A stretch of DNA of 63,851 bases, filler included, from an uncultured Methanoregulaceae archaeon (GTDB lineage Archaea > Halobacteriota > Methanomicrobia > Methanomicrobiales > Methanospirillaceae): NCBI GenBank assembly GCA_964530035.1. It is 4 parts of 4 records of this genome, joined end to end, with 100 filler letters (N's around TTAATTAATTAA, not from the genome) between each part and the next. Parts side by side here need not be neighbours in the genome. Positions count along the whole stretch, not along the records: positions 38,496 to 56,849 come from CAZGXZ010000032.1; 3 more parts are not named here. One strand, 5' to 3'. Shown here piece after piece: positions 43,005-53,120 of this stretch. Both the position numbers and the translations under genes were made by a program. The notes under the pieces were generated by a model. The model was not told the DNA's origin. It ran no database searches and saw only the letters and a program-made list of their open reading frames with translations. Each line of letters starts with the position of its first letter. The stretch's first letter is position 1.

Positions 43005-46000
43005 GTGATTTCAGTACTATACGTTGATGATGAGGACGCCCTCCTGCGTATTACCCGGATCTTTCTCGAACGGACGGGAAAATTCAGGGTAGCAACGGCA
43101 GCTTCGGCTCGTGAGGCCCTCTCTTTGATGGCGGGCCAGTCATTCGACGCAATTATTTCCGACTACCAGATGCCGGAGATTGATGGGATTGATTTTTTAA
43201 AGGCAGTCAGGAACGAATACGGTGATGTCCCGTTCATCCTGTTCACCGGGCGGGGCCGGGAGGAGATCGTAATTGATGCAATCAACAATGGTGCCGACTT
43301 CTATCTGCAGAAAGGGGGAGACCCGACCGCCCAGTTCGCCGAGCTCTCCCACAAGGTCCAGCAGGCCGTTTCCCGGCGGGAGGCGGAACTCCTGCGGACT
43401 GAAACCGATAAAAGGCTCGCAGACATCATCAATTTCCTGCCGGACGCAACATTCGCGATCGACAAGGCCGGCAATATCATCGCATGGAACAGGGCCATCG
43501 AGCAAATGACCGGCAGTTCTGCTTCAGAAATGCTTGGAAAAGGAAATTACGAATACGCCGTCCCCTTCTACGGGGTACGTCGTCCTATTCTCATCGACCT
43601 TATATTTGAACCCGATGAAACGATTGCCAGGAATTACGCGCATATCCTTCGTGAGAAAGACTCCCTGATAGCAGATACCACCCTCCCAAGGCCCAGGGGG
43701 AGATCCCTGATCCTGCTTGGCAAGGCGAGCCCCCTCTACGACCGGCAGGGAAACATCGTCGGTGCCATCGAGTCAATCCGCGATATCACCGAGTTCAAGA
43801 AAGCCGAAGAAGGGATGCTCCACGCAAAAAAGGACTGGGAGGCCATATTTCGTGCCATCGGTCACCCGGCCATCGTACTTGATGCCACGAACCGCGTCAT
43901 AGACGCCAACGATGCAACCCTTCGGATCACCGGCATGTCGCTTGACCAGGTCAGGGGAAAGCCCTGCTACGAAATATTCCACGGGCCTGGCACTGACCAC
44001 CCGCCGGACCGGTGTCCCTTCGAGCGTCTGAAAAAGGGAGTACCCCTGGAAACAGCAGAACTCGAGATCCAGGCCCTGAACGGTTATTATTCCGTGACCT
44101 GTACTCCTGTCTGTGACGATGCCGGGAATCTAGAAAAGGTCATCCACATCGCCATGGACATCACCGATAGCCGGAGGACTCATGAGGAACTGATGGCGGC
44201 CTATGAGCAGATCGCGGCATCCGAGGAGGAGCTCCGCGACCAGTTCAACCTCCTTGCCGAGAAGGAACAACGCCTCCGGGAAAGCGAGTCCTCCCTTTCC
44301 AGCATCTTCAGGGCGGCACCCGTGGGCATCGGGGTAGTGTCCAACCGGCAGATCCTCACGGTCAACAGGATGATGAGTGAGATTACCAGGTATGATGCTG
44401 ATGATCTCATCGGAAAAAGTGCACGGGTCCTGTATCCCGATGATGATGAATTTGAACGCGTCGGGCGCGAAAAATACGAGGCTATCCGTTTGTATGGTAC
44501 CGGAACCATTGAGACCCGTTGGAAACGCAGGGACGGTGTCATCCGTGACATACTGCTGAGTTCAACCCCCATCGACCCATCCGACCATGCCCTCGGCGTG
44601 ACCTTCACGGCCCTCGACATTACGGAGCGGAACCTCCTGGAGGAAAAACTCAGGTCCCGGAACGAGGAACTTGCGGCCACCGAGGAGGAACTGCGGAGCC
44701 AGCTCGACGAACTGGCTGTTGCCCAGCAGCAGATCGTTGTAAAGCAACGACAGATCGAGGAAATAACGAACATGGTGCCGGGGGTTGTATACCAGTACTA
44801 TGCCAGGCCGGACGGATCCCAGGGGCTTTACTACATAAATGATCGCGCAGCAGAAATTTTCGATATTCACACCGGAATTGAGGGATTTTTTGAGGAGTTC
44901 GCCAGGCATATCCACCCGGAAGACCAGCAGGGCTTCATCCGGTCGATAACGGACGCAGTCAGGAACTTCGAGCCATGGTCCTATGAAGCACGCTTCATCA
45001 GGGAATCGGGCGAGGTTATCTGGTTCCAGGGCTTATCCGTGCCGGTTTCCCATGGAAGTGAAACCGTGTTTTCGGGCGTCCTGATGGATATCACCACACG
45101 GAAACAGGCTGAAAAAAACCAGGCCCAGGAGAGGATCTTTACCGATGCCGTCCTCGACACCGTCCCAGGCCTTCTCTTCATGTATGACAAGGAAGGCCGG
45201 CTGGTACGGTGGAACAAGGCTCACGAGACCATGACCGGGTATTCCTCATCGGAGCTCGAGGCATTTGATGTATTCGACTGGTTCCGCCACGATCCTGCCG
45301 AGGTGGAAAAAATCAGGACAAATATCGGCCGGGTATTCCAGGATGGCTTTGCCGAGGCGGAGGGCATAATAAAAACCCGGTCGGGGGAGCTCATCCCGAT
45401 GTATTTCACCGCCGTCAGGATCATCCTCGACGGAGAACCCTACGTAACAGGGATAGGAATCGATATTTCTGACCGCAGGAAGACTGAAAATGCCCTGAGA
45501 GAGAATGAAGCCCTGTACCGCTCCATCCTGCACGCGTCTCCGGATGACATAACCATCACAGACCGCGAGGGTATCGTCCGCATGGTTTCCCCGGCGGCAC
45601 TCCGGATCTTCGGGTATGGAAATGAGGAAGAGGTCCTGGGCAGGCATATCAGCGAGTTTATCGCCCCAGATGACAGGCAACGGGCCGGGGAGGCACTCAA
45701 GAGGAGAGCTGAAGGGGGTCCGACACGCCCGGGTGAATACCATATGTCCCGTGCTGACGGGACTGTTTTCACGGCTGAGGTGAATGCCGATTTTATCAGG
45801 GACCCTGAAGGCCGCCCGTACAGGTGGATCCTCATCATGCGGGATATATCAGAGCGGAAGCGGATCGAAAAGGCACTCCATGAGGCCAACAGGAAACTCA
45901 CCCTGTTGAACGGGATTACCCTGCACGACATCAACAACAAGGTCACTGCAATGAAGGGCTATCTCGAGGTCCTGAAAGAAATGCATACCGAGGCCTGTTC

Positions 46001-46517
46001 CAATGCCTGTATCCAGAAGATTGACACCTCGTTACAACAGGTCAGCGAGATGGTCCGGATGACGAGGGACTACGAGGAGATCGGGGCTCACGCTCCCAGG
46101 TGGCAGGACTGTCACGGGCTTATCGAGTCCGCGATGGAACAGGTGAGGTCTGACAAGGTAGCCTTCATCAATTCTGTTCCCGAGGGGCCCAGATTGTTTG
46201 CCGATCCCCTCATCGGGCGGGTCTTCTATAACCTCATCGATAATGCAGTACGGTACGGCGGGCCGATTACGACCGTCAGGTTCTTCCTTGAAGACCATGC
46301 CATCATCTGTGAGGACGACGGAGCAGGCATAGCCGACGATGAAAAGGAGCGGATCTTCGAACGGGGGTTCGGGAAGAACACCGGCCTCGGGCTCTTCCTT
46401 TCCCGGGAGATCCTCGCGATCACCGGCATAACGATCCACGAGGAAGGCAGTTACGGTAAGGGGGCCAGGTTTGTCCTGAAGATACCGGAAGGTTCCTGCA
46501 GGAAGACCCCCGGGTAA
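43005..46517 (+). CDS. Hybrid receiver/multi-PAS histidine kinase
   Basis: REC domain (VLYVDDE, ISDYQMP), about six PAS/PAC units, H box LHDINN, HATPase motifs NLIDNA, DDGAG, GLGL. Confidence 0.95.
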   Translation: MISVLYVDDEDALLRITRIFLERTGKFRVATAASAREALSLMAGQSFDAIISDYQMPEIDGIDFLKAVRNEYGDVPFILFTGRGREEIVIDAINNGADFYLQKGGDPTAQFAELSHKVQQAVSRREAELLRTETDKRLADIINFLPDATFAIDKAGNIIAWNRAIEQMTGSSASEMLGKGNYEYAVPFYGVRRPILIDLIFEPDETIARNYAHILREKDSLIADTTLPRPRGRSLILLGKASPLYDRQGNIVGAIESIRDITEFKKAEEGMLHAKKDWEAIFRAIGHPAIVLDATNRVIDANDATLRITGMSLDQVRGKPCYEIFHGPGTDHPPDRCPFERLKKGVPLETAELEIQALNGYYSVTCTPVCDDAGNLEKVIHIAMDITDSRRTHEELMAAYEQIAASEEELRDQFNLLAEKEQRLRESESSLSSIFRAAPVGIGVVSNRQILTVNRMMSEITRYDADDLIGKSARVLYPDDDEFERVGREKYEAIRLYGTGTIETRWKRRDGVIRDILLSSTPIDPSDHALGVTFTALDITERNLLEEKLRSRNEELAATEEELRSQLDELAVAQQQIVVKQRQIEEITNMVPGVVYQYYARPDGSQGLYYINDRAAEIFDIHTGIEGFFEEFARHIHPEDQQGFIRSITDAVRNFEPWSYEARFIRESGEVIWFQGLSVPVSHGSETVFSGVLMDITTRKQAEKNQAQERIFTDAVLDTVPGLLFMYDKEGRLVRWNKAHETMTGYSSSELEAFDVFDWFRHDPAEVEKIRTNIGRVFQDGFAEAEGIIKTRSGELIPMYFTAVRIILDGEPYVTGIGIDISDRRKTENALRENEALYRSILHASPDDITITDREGIVRMVSPAALRIFGYGNEEEVLGRHISEFIAPDDRQRAGEALKRRAEGGPTRPGEYHMSRADGTVFTAEVNADFIRDPEGRPYRWILIMRDISERKRIEKALHEANRKLTLLNGITLHDINNKVTAMKGYLEVLKEMHTEACSNACIQKIDTSLQQVSEMVRMTRDYEEIGAHAPRWQDCHGLIESAMEQVRSDKVAFINSVPEGPRLFADPLIGRVFYNLIDNAVRYGGPITTVRFFLEDHAIICEDDGAGIADDEKERIFERGFGKNTGLGLFLSREILAITGITIHEEGSYGKGARFVLKIPEGSCRKTPG

Positions 46518-46622
46518 AGCTGAGCCAGGCTTCCCTCTCGCACCGGTGGGGATATCAGCAACGGGTTTACGGAGAAGCCCACACAATGCTTTTTCCCCCC
46601 TGATTGCTGATAGTACCGCCAG

Positions 46623-47264
46623 ATGTCCCTCCTGGTATCTGTCACCCTGGTTATCCTTGGCCTCGGGGTCCTTTTCCTTGCATGGATGCTCGTATCACGC
46701 CGGTTCTCGCTTCCCTGTCCCGTGTGGATGAGATGGTCCCTCGACACCCCGTTTTCAGGGGGCTTGAGCTCCCGGACGAAAAGAACTCTTCAACACCTCG
46801 GGCTATCTCCCGGTATGAGCGTTCTTGATGCTGGTTGCGGACCGGGGCGGCTCACCATCCCGATGGCACGGGAGGTGGGAGCTGCCGGACATGTCATGGC
46901 GATGGACCTCCAGGAGGGGATGCTCGCCGAAGTAAGGAAGAGGGCCAGTCGGGAAGACCTAGGGAACATCACGTATCTTCAGGCCGGGCTGGGCGAAGGG
47001 AAGCTGAAAAGCGGCGTATACGACCGGGCTGTCCTTATAACCGTCCTCGGTGAGGTTCCTGACAGGGAGGCGGCCATGCGGGAGATCTGCCGGTCGCTCA
47101 GACCCGGGGGAGTCCTGCTCGTCGAGGAGACCATCCGGGACCCTCATTTCCAGGGTCGTGGCACGGTGCTGTCACTGGCCGGACCCCTGGGACTGAGAGA
47201 GAAGGCGTTTTTCGGGGGCCGCTTCAATTTCACTATTCTCCTTGAAAAGCCATCCAGCCCCTGA
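46623..47264 (+). CDS. Class I SAM-dependent methyltransferase with N-terminal TM
   Basis: Motifs VLDAGCGPGRL, LRPGGVL. Confidence 0.9.
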   Translation: MSLLVSVTLVILGLGVLFLAWMLVSRRFSLPCPVWMRWSLDTPFSGGLSSRTKRTLQHLGLSPGMSVLDAGCGPGRLTIPMAREVGAAGHVMAMDLQEGMLAEVRKRASREDLGNITYLQAGLGEGKLKSGVYDRAVLITVLGEVPDREAAMREICRSLRPGGVLLVEETIRDPHFQGRGTVLSLAGPLGLREKAFFGGRFNFTILLEKPSSP

Positions 47265-47770
47265 TCTCCCGGCCGGGAGGCACCCCGGATTATCATGGGT
47301 ACGTTCAGGGATTGTTCCCTGTTAAAATCAGCGGGACTTTTCTATGAACTCCTGGAGGATGCAGGTCAGGTAAAACCCATTTCAATGACCCGCCGCCCCA
47401 TGAAAGGGACCAATCATTCCTGGACGATAAAAGTGGCGGATAGAGGGGTATATTTTGAATCATATCATGTTGGAGCCTGAAAAGTCAGCTATAACCCTGA
47501 TTCCTGGTTTTACTCCCGTAAATGATATAAAACCGGATTATTGCAGTTTAAATTACATAATAGGACCTGAAAGATGATGTATCCCTGATTCCGCCTTTCA
47601 GCACCGCCGGTCTTTTGCCCGGCATAGCTGCCGGGCAGACCTGCCGGGCAGACCTGCTGTGCAAATAACTAATATACACCACGATAACCGGGTAATTGTC
47701 CCTTGAAGGGTTTCTTCAGGGGTTACATGGGAGCACCTGGAAAGGAGCTCCATGAAGGGGGGTAACGACA

Positions 47771-48172
47771 ATGTATTCCAAGCCAGCAGTAACCAAACAC
47801 ATCATACCCGCTGAGATCCAGTACATGTGCCGCCATGCAAACGACCTCGTGTCCGACGGACACTTCCAGCAGGCCATCGAATATATCGACCATATGATCT
47901 CGAACATCCCGGACTTTGCCTGTTTCTGGCTCCACAAGGGAGTCGCCCTTGAAGGACTGAACCGGACGAACGATGCCCTCACCTGCTACGAAAAGGCAAT
48001 CCAGATCGATCCGTACAACTCGGAGGCATGGTTCAACAGGGGGATGGCCCTCCGCAAGGCCGGGCGCGAACAGGAGAGCGACAAATGCCAGAAGGTCGCA
48101 TCGTGCCTCGAACAGGGACGCGAGGTCGGCAGCTATGTGACCGCCCAGCCCTCGGTCGCACTTCCACGCTGA
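47771..48172 (+). CDS. Small TPR protein, copy 1
   Basis: TPR pattern WLHKGVALEGLNR..DAL.CYEKAIQIDPYNSEAWFNRGMAL. Confidence 0.88.
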   Translation: MYSKPAVTKHIIPAEIQYMCRHANDLVSDGHFQQAIEYIDHMISNIPDFACFWLHKGVALEGLNRTNDALTCYEKAIQIDPYNSEAWFNRGMALRKAGREQESDKCQKVASCLEQGREVGSYVTAQPSVALPR

Positions 48173-48384
48173 ACCTTTTTCTTCTCTTATCCTATTCCCG
48201 TTTTCCGTTTCTCCTTCTCCTGCAAGCAACCATGAGTCTTCGCACGGCATACCTGCCGGGCAGACCTGCTGTGCAAATAACTAATATTCACCACGATAAC
48301 CGGTAAATTGTCCCTTGCAGGAGCGTCTCCAGGGGGGTACACGGGAGCTGCTGAAAACCGGCTTCCGAAGGGGGGGTACATACT

Positions 48385-48777
48385 ATGAAAGACGTCACAA
48401 AACACATAATTTCGCCTGAAATCAGGTATATGAGCCGTCTTGCAAACGACCTCGTGGCCGATGGACATTTCCAGCAGGCCCTGGCATACATTGACCAGAT
48501 CATCGCGACCTTTCCGGATTTTTCAAGCTTCTGGCTCCATAAGGGGGTTGCCCTCGAAGGCTTGAACCGGACGGACGATGCACTTGCCTGCTATGAAAAG
48601 GCCATATGGATAGATCCATACAACTCGGAGGCATGGTTCAACAGGGGGATGGCTCTCCGAAGGATTGGCCGGAAACAGGAGAGCGACACGTGTGAAAAGG
48701 TCGCATCATGCCTTGAACAGGGACGCGAGGTCGGGTCCTTCCTTGCTGCCAATCCTTCGGTCGCTGTTTCAGACTAA
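48385..48777 (+). CDS. Small TPR protein, copy 2
   Basis: Same motifs as copy 1. Confidence 0.88.
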   Translation: MKDVTKHIISPEIRYMSRLANDLVADGHFQQALAYIDQIIATFPDFSSFWLHKGVALEGLNRTDDALACYEKAIWIDPYNSEAWFNRGMALRRIGRKQESDTCEKVASCLEQGREVGSFLAANPSVAVSD

Positions 48778-49065
48778 TTCTTTTTTTCTGGTCCTGCCCC
48801 GGGTTCTCATCAGTAGCCGCAAAGAGAGACCATTTCTCTGGACTCCAGGGACCCTGTCACAACCCGCCGGGTATATGGAAACGACAGGATTGCTTTGAAA
48901 TGTCTATCATCTTTCCTACGCAGGCCATACCTGTCCCGGGTATCAGCTCCGGCCAGTATCCCAGGCAGGGAATCCTGGCTGGGACAGGAGTGCCACCCTT
49001 GCTGAAGAAAAAATACACCCGGAAATACCGCCTGCAATTATTTGATACAATACAGTGAGTGCCTC

Positions 49066-49400
49066 ATGGTGGAGATCAGCGACGAGTACATACGTCAGAT
49101 GCTGGCCAGGATGGGTGAATACCTCATCGTCATCCTGCTGGAAGGGCCTGAATGGAACAAACCTGGAAAAGATGTCCTTGTATAGGAGCACGCACGGAGG
49201 AACTTCTCCCTGAGAGAAGAAGGCGTTCTGTCCGTCGTCTGCCCGGTAAACGACGGTTGAAGCGTGTGCGGCGTCGGAATCTTCAACGCCGGGGCCGACC
49301 GCGTGCGGGATCAAGGACGAAGACCCCTGTGTCCGAGAATGTATCTTCACCTATGAACTCCACCCGTGAAGGGGTTTACCCGGAGACCATCTGCCAGAAG
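49066..49400 (+). pseudogene. Degraded YciI-like gene
   Basis: MVEISDEYIRQML...VLV*EHARRNFSLREEGVLSVVCPVNDG*SVCGVGIFN, a frameshift, then DEDPCVRECIFTYELHP*RGLPGD; stops at 49183, 49258 and 49367. Confidence 0.75.
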
Positions 49401-49433
49401 GAGGGCATCAGGTATCTGGTTGTATTCCCGACG

Positions 49434-49806
49434 TCATTCGCACGGCGTCGTTTCCCGACCGGTTTTCCCGGGGAGCAGAGGAACGGTGCAGATCATCTTC
49501 AGGATTCCCTTCCCGGTATTCCGGACCTGGTTCGCAGGGCATGAGGAGCAGGGCGTCCCCTGGCCTGACGGAGATCCCTTCTTGGTCTGTAGTCCTGAGA
49601 CTGCCCTCTCCTTCGAGGAAGAACATCTCGTGCTCCTCCTGGTGGGAGTGAAACGAGGTGCAGCCACCGGGTCCGATCTCCATAAGGCGGAGGGCATACC
49701 GTGGACATCCTTCCCGGGCGGTCAGGAGGAAACGGGCCTTCATCTGAGAGAACCCGGGTTTGTCAACCGGTTCTGCAGGGACGTCACCGGAATGGACAAG
49801 GAACAT
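49434..49806 (-). pseudogene. Frameshifted cupin-domain gene
   Basis: One frame gives HSHQEEHEMFFLEGEG...PGDALLLMPCE; the continuation QVRNTGKGILKMICTVP is in another frame (shift near 49530). Confidence 0.8.
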
Positions 49807-49996
49807 GCATGCGGATATGGGAACAGGGGAGATAAATATTGGGTAAACGGTCAACAGGCCACATAGGTACGAAGTACCCTGCAGCCCGGTTCACGCTGCC
49901 TTCCCCGGGGAAGAACCGGGCTCAAGTCATGCAACCCCGTACCTCACGGAAATGGTACCAGGCGCGGTTTTTTATTCACAAAAAGAAGACCAGTCC

Positions 49997-51260
49997 ATGA
50001 TGCACACCCGGGAGCCGAGTGATCATGCCCTGTCAGAGCTTGTCGGAATTATCCTCATGTCCTTTCTGGTCCTGGCAGTTGTCGTTATCGCCACGGCGTT
50101 TTTTCTCGGCTACTTTTCCCAGGTCCTCGGGACACAGCCTTTTCTTGCACTCGACTCCGAGCAGGTAGTATCCGGGCAGGGAGGGTTCGTCACCCTTCAC
50201 CACCGCGGAGGGGACAACGTCATGTTGTCACAGGTGGGGGATGGAACAGCCTACCTCCAGATCACCGCCCCGGATGGAAAAACCGTTGTGGTGGCCCCGG
50301 ATCCTCCAAAAAAGATTGCACCGGGAGATACACTCTACCTCGGGCGGAGTTCATCCGGGACGGGATATGCCCTGTACGCGGAAAAACCGGCTGCAGGCCT
50401 CGCCCTTGGACAAGGCCAGTACAGCGTGTCCCTTGTCAGCAACCCCAACAACATCCTCATTTACAAGGGACAGGTCACGGTCGGAGCTGCCGTAACCAGT
50501 ACACCCGGACCAACTTCCCCCGGGCCCCCGACCCCAACCACGACCACCCCAACAACAACACCGACAGCCACAGGGACCCCTGTCGTCACCCCATCCGTGT
50601 CACCGACCACGACCACGATATCACCCTCTCCATCGCCGGAGCCCACGGTTACGTCCACCGTTTTTCCGACTGGCACGGCGACCCCTTCGCCGACAGGGAC
50701 CCCCGTAGTCACCCCGTCCGTATCCCTGACCCCATCACCGACGCCGGTCTCCGTGCCCGGGTTCACCGCGACGACATGGCTGCGGTGGAACACCGATCCC
50801 TATGCTTCATGGGACAAGCCTGACCGCCTGAATGCAGCGGTCTATGGAGATNNNNNNNNNNGACTGGTCGCAACGGTGGAGCCTGGGCCATGACTCCCAG
50901 AACACCCGCTTCATCTTCAATGCGAGGACGGTAAACTGTGACGGCTACCGCCCGGCATGGTCGGTGGTTTCAGGCACCTCGCCTGAACAGGGACAGTCAT
51001 ATTTCCTTGCAGGGACCTACAACAGTGACACCGGCATGGTCACCCTCTACGTGAACGGTCAGCAGGAGAACAGGATAACCGGGGACACGAGCGGCCTTGT
51101 CCCGGCCATGGGAATGGTGTTCACCGGGCGTCCGAACGGCATACCCTGGAATGGAAAAAACAACCAGAGGCGGTTCTTCGGTTCGGTGTGGAAACAGCAG
51201 AACGAGGACCGGTGCCTTTCCGGCCAGGAGATCATGACCAGGTATCTTGAGGGACCATGA
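49997..51260 (+). CDS. Type IV pilin-like protein with Pro/Thr stalk and LamG-like domain, interrupted by a 10-N gap
   Basis: Class III-like signal DHA/LSELVGIILM; TLHHRGGD; after the gap (50852-50861) another frame reads YFLAGTYNSDTGMVTLYVNG. Confidence 0.8.
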
Positions 51261-51595
51261 GGAAGGATACTCCGGAACGGTGGTTCCTTTCAGACACGTC
51301 CTCGCAGTCCGGTGCGTTTCCTGCTGCACTATCTGGACTTCCACCGACCAGGTTTTCTTTTTTTTCTGCGACGCAATAGCTCCCGGAGATGAACAGATTG
51401 CTCCTGATGACCCGGGTCCCTCCCATGCTGTCCAACCCCCCTTTCCCATGAGGGCCCCGTCCTTCCACCCAACGGGGAGAAAGAATCAAATGCAGGAGGA
51501 GTTTGGGAGCTATGGGTAAAAGACGTTCTCGTATGCTTAACTTCAGGTCCCGGGTGCAATGAGTCGACCAGGTCCGTCCCCACCCGTACACAGGC

Positions 51596-53104
51596 ATGTT
51601 TTTCACTTCCATCGGCATACCCTTCGTCATGGATGCTTCCCTCGTTGACCTTTTCGTCGCCCTTGCCTTCGGGATCATGGACTTTTTTGTCATCCTGTTC
51701 AATATCGTCACAGCAATCGTCATCGTCTTCCTGGAACGGCGCAAGCCAACGACCGCCCTCGCATGGCTGATGATCCTGTTTTTCATCCCACTCCTCGGCT
51801 TCATCCTCTACCTCTTTTTCGGAAGACACCTCTACAAGGACTATGTCTTCCAGAAAAAGACGGAGGCTGACCTGGCTCTCATCAAGAGTGTCGATGATGA
51901 AGGTCCGGCATCGCTCCCGCCCGGACCGCTGCCAGGGGAGCTCTCGTTCATGGAACGGTTCCGGGGGATGGTCCCGATGCTCATGCGGCAGGGCCAGGCC
52001 GGCATATCCTTTGGGAACGATGTCGTCGTGTACACTGACGGGAAGGACAAGTTCGAGGCCCTCCTCTCCGCGATCCGGTCGGCACGGACGTTCGTCCACA
52101 TCGAGTACTACCTCGTCAGGAACGATGAATGCGGCAGGAAACTTGTTTCCGAGCTTGCGGCAAAGGCCAGGGAGGGTGTCGAGGTCAGGTTCCTGGTGGA
52201 TGCCGTCGGGGCCCATTCCCTCCCAAAGACCTTCTTCCAGGAACTGACCAATGCGGGGGGAAAGGTCGCGGTCTTCTTCCCGTTCCTCATCCCGTTCCTC
52301 AACCTCCGTATCAACCACCGGAACCACCGGAAGATCCTCGTGGCGGACGGAACGGTCGGGCTCCTCGGTGGCTTCAACATCGGAAAGGAATACCTGGGTC
52401 AAGGTCCCCTCGGGTACTGGCGGGACACGCACCTCCTCATCCGGGGGCCTGGAATAAAAGGCCTTGAAACCCGCTTCATCATGGACTGGAACCACTCCTC
52501 GAAGGACCGGGTTGACCCATCCGAACGGTACTATCCCGTCACCGGGGCGACCGGGACAACCGCCCTCCAGGTCGTATCGAGTGGACCGGACAACCCGGAA
52601 ATGGCCATTCGGGACGGGTTTGTCAGCCTCATCGCGGCCGCAAGGGAATCAGTATACATCCAGACCCCGTATTTCGTCCCTGACGACCTGGTCTTCCAGG
52701 TCCTCTCGCTCGCCGCCCGTTCGGGTATCGATGTCAGGATAATCATCCCCTGCAAGCCCGATCATCCCTTCGTGTTCTGGTCAAGTCACTCGTACCTCGG
52801 CGACCTCATCGACTCGGGCGTCAGGGGGTATACCTATGAAAAAGGGTTCATCCACAGCAAGACCATCGTAATCGACGGGATAGCGGGTTCCGTCGGGACC
52901 GCGAACTGGGACATCAGGAGCTTTTCCCTGAACTTCGAGACAAATGCCTTCTTCTATGACCCCGTCCTCGGGAATGAACTGAAGAAGATCTTCCTCGCGG
53001 ACCTTTCCGACTGCAGCGAACTGACAAAAGAACGGTATGCCTCCCGTAGCACAAAGGTAAAGATCAAGGAAGGGGTCTCGAGGCTCCTCTCCTATCTGCA
53101 GTGA
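51596..53104 (+). CDS. cls: Cardiolipin synthase (start may be 51629)
   Basis: PLDc_N TM pair (AWLMILFFIPLLG), HKD motifs NHRKILVADG and HSKTIVIDG, WRDTH, NWDIRSFSLNFE. Confidence 0.95.
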   Translation: MFFTSIGIPFVMDASLVDLFVALAFGIMDFFVILFNIVTAIVIVFLERRKPTTALAWLMILFFIPLLGFILYLFFGRHLYKDYVFQKKTEADLALIKSVDDEGPASLPPGPLPGELSFMERFRGMVPMLMRQGQAGISFGNDVVVYTDGKDKFEALLSAIRSARTFVHIEYYLVRNDECGRKLVSELAAKAREGVEVRFLVDAVGAHSLPKTFFQELTNAGGKVAVFFPFLIPFLNLRINHRNHRKILVADGTVGLLGGFNIGKEYLGQGPLGYWRDTHLLIRGPGIKGLETRFIMDWNHSSKDRVDPSERYYPVTGATGTTALQVVSSGPDNPEMAIRDGFVSLIAAARESVYIQTPYFVPDDLVFQVLSLAARSGIDVRIIIPCKPDHPFVFWSSHSYLGDLIDSGVRGYTYEKGFIHSKTIVIDGIAGSVGTANWDIRSFSLNFETNAFFYDPVLGNELKKIFLADLSDCSELTKERYASRSTKVKIKEGVSRLLSYLQ

Positions 53105-53120
53105 AACATGATGACCGGCC

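Larger units (their letters stand above)
47620..48777 (+). repeat. Tandem duplication (about 620-bp period) of promoter, leader and TPR gene
   Basis: CCTGCCGGGCAGACCTGCTGTGCAAATAACTAATAT is identical upstream of both genes, and the proteins are highly similar. Confidence 0.93.

Noticed and set aside
47567..47601. Possible C/D box sRNA (ATGATGT...CTGA within a CTGAAAG/CTTTCAG stem)
   Set aside because: Too short for guide regions and lacks C'/D' boxes.
47628..47653. Short direct repeats as a CRISPR array
   Set aside because: Only two adjacent 13-bp units, no spacers and no cas genes.
49183..49369. In-frame TAG/TGA as pyrrolysine or selenocysteine recoding
   Set aside because: Mixed stop types plus a frameshift indicate decay rather than recoding.
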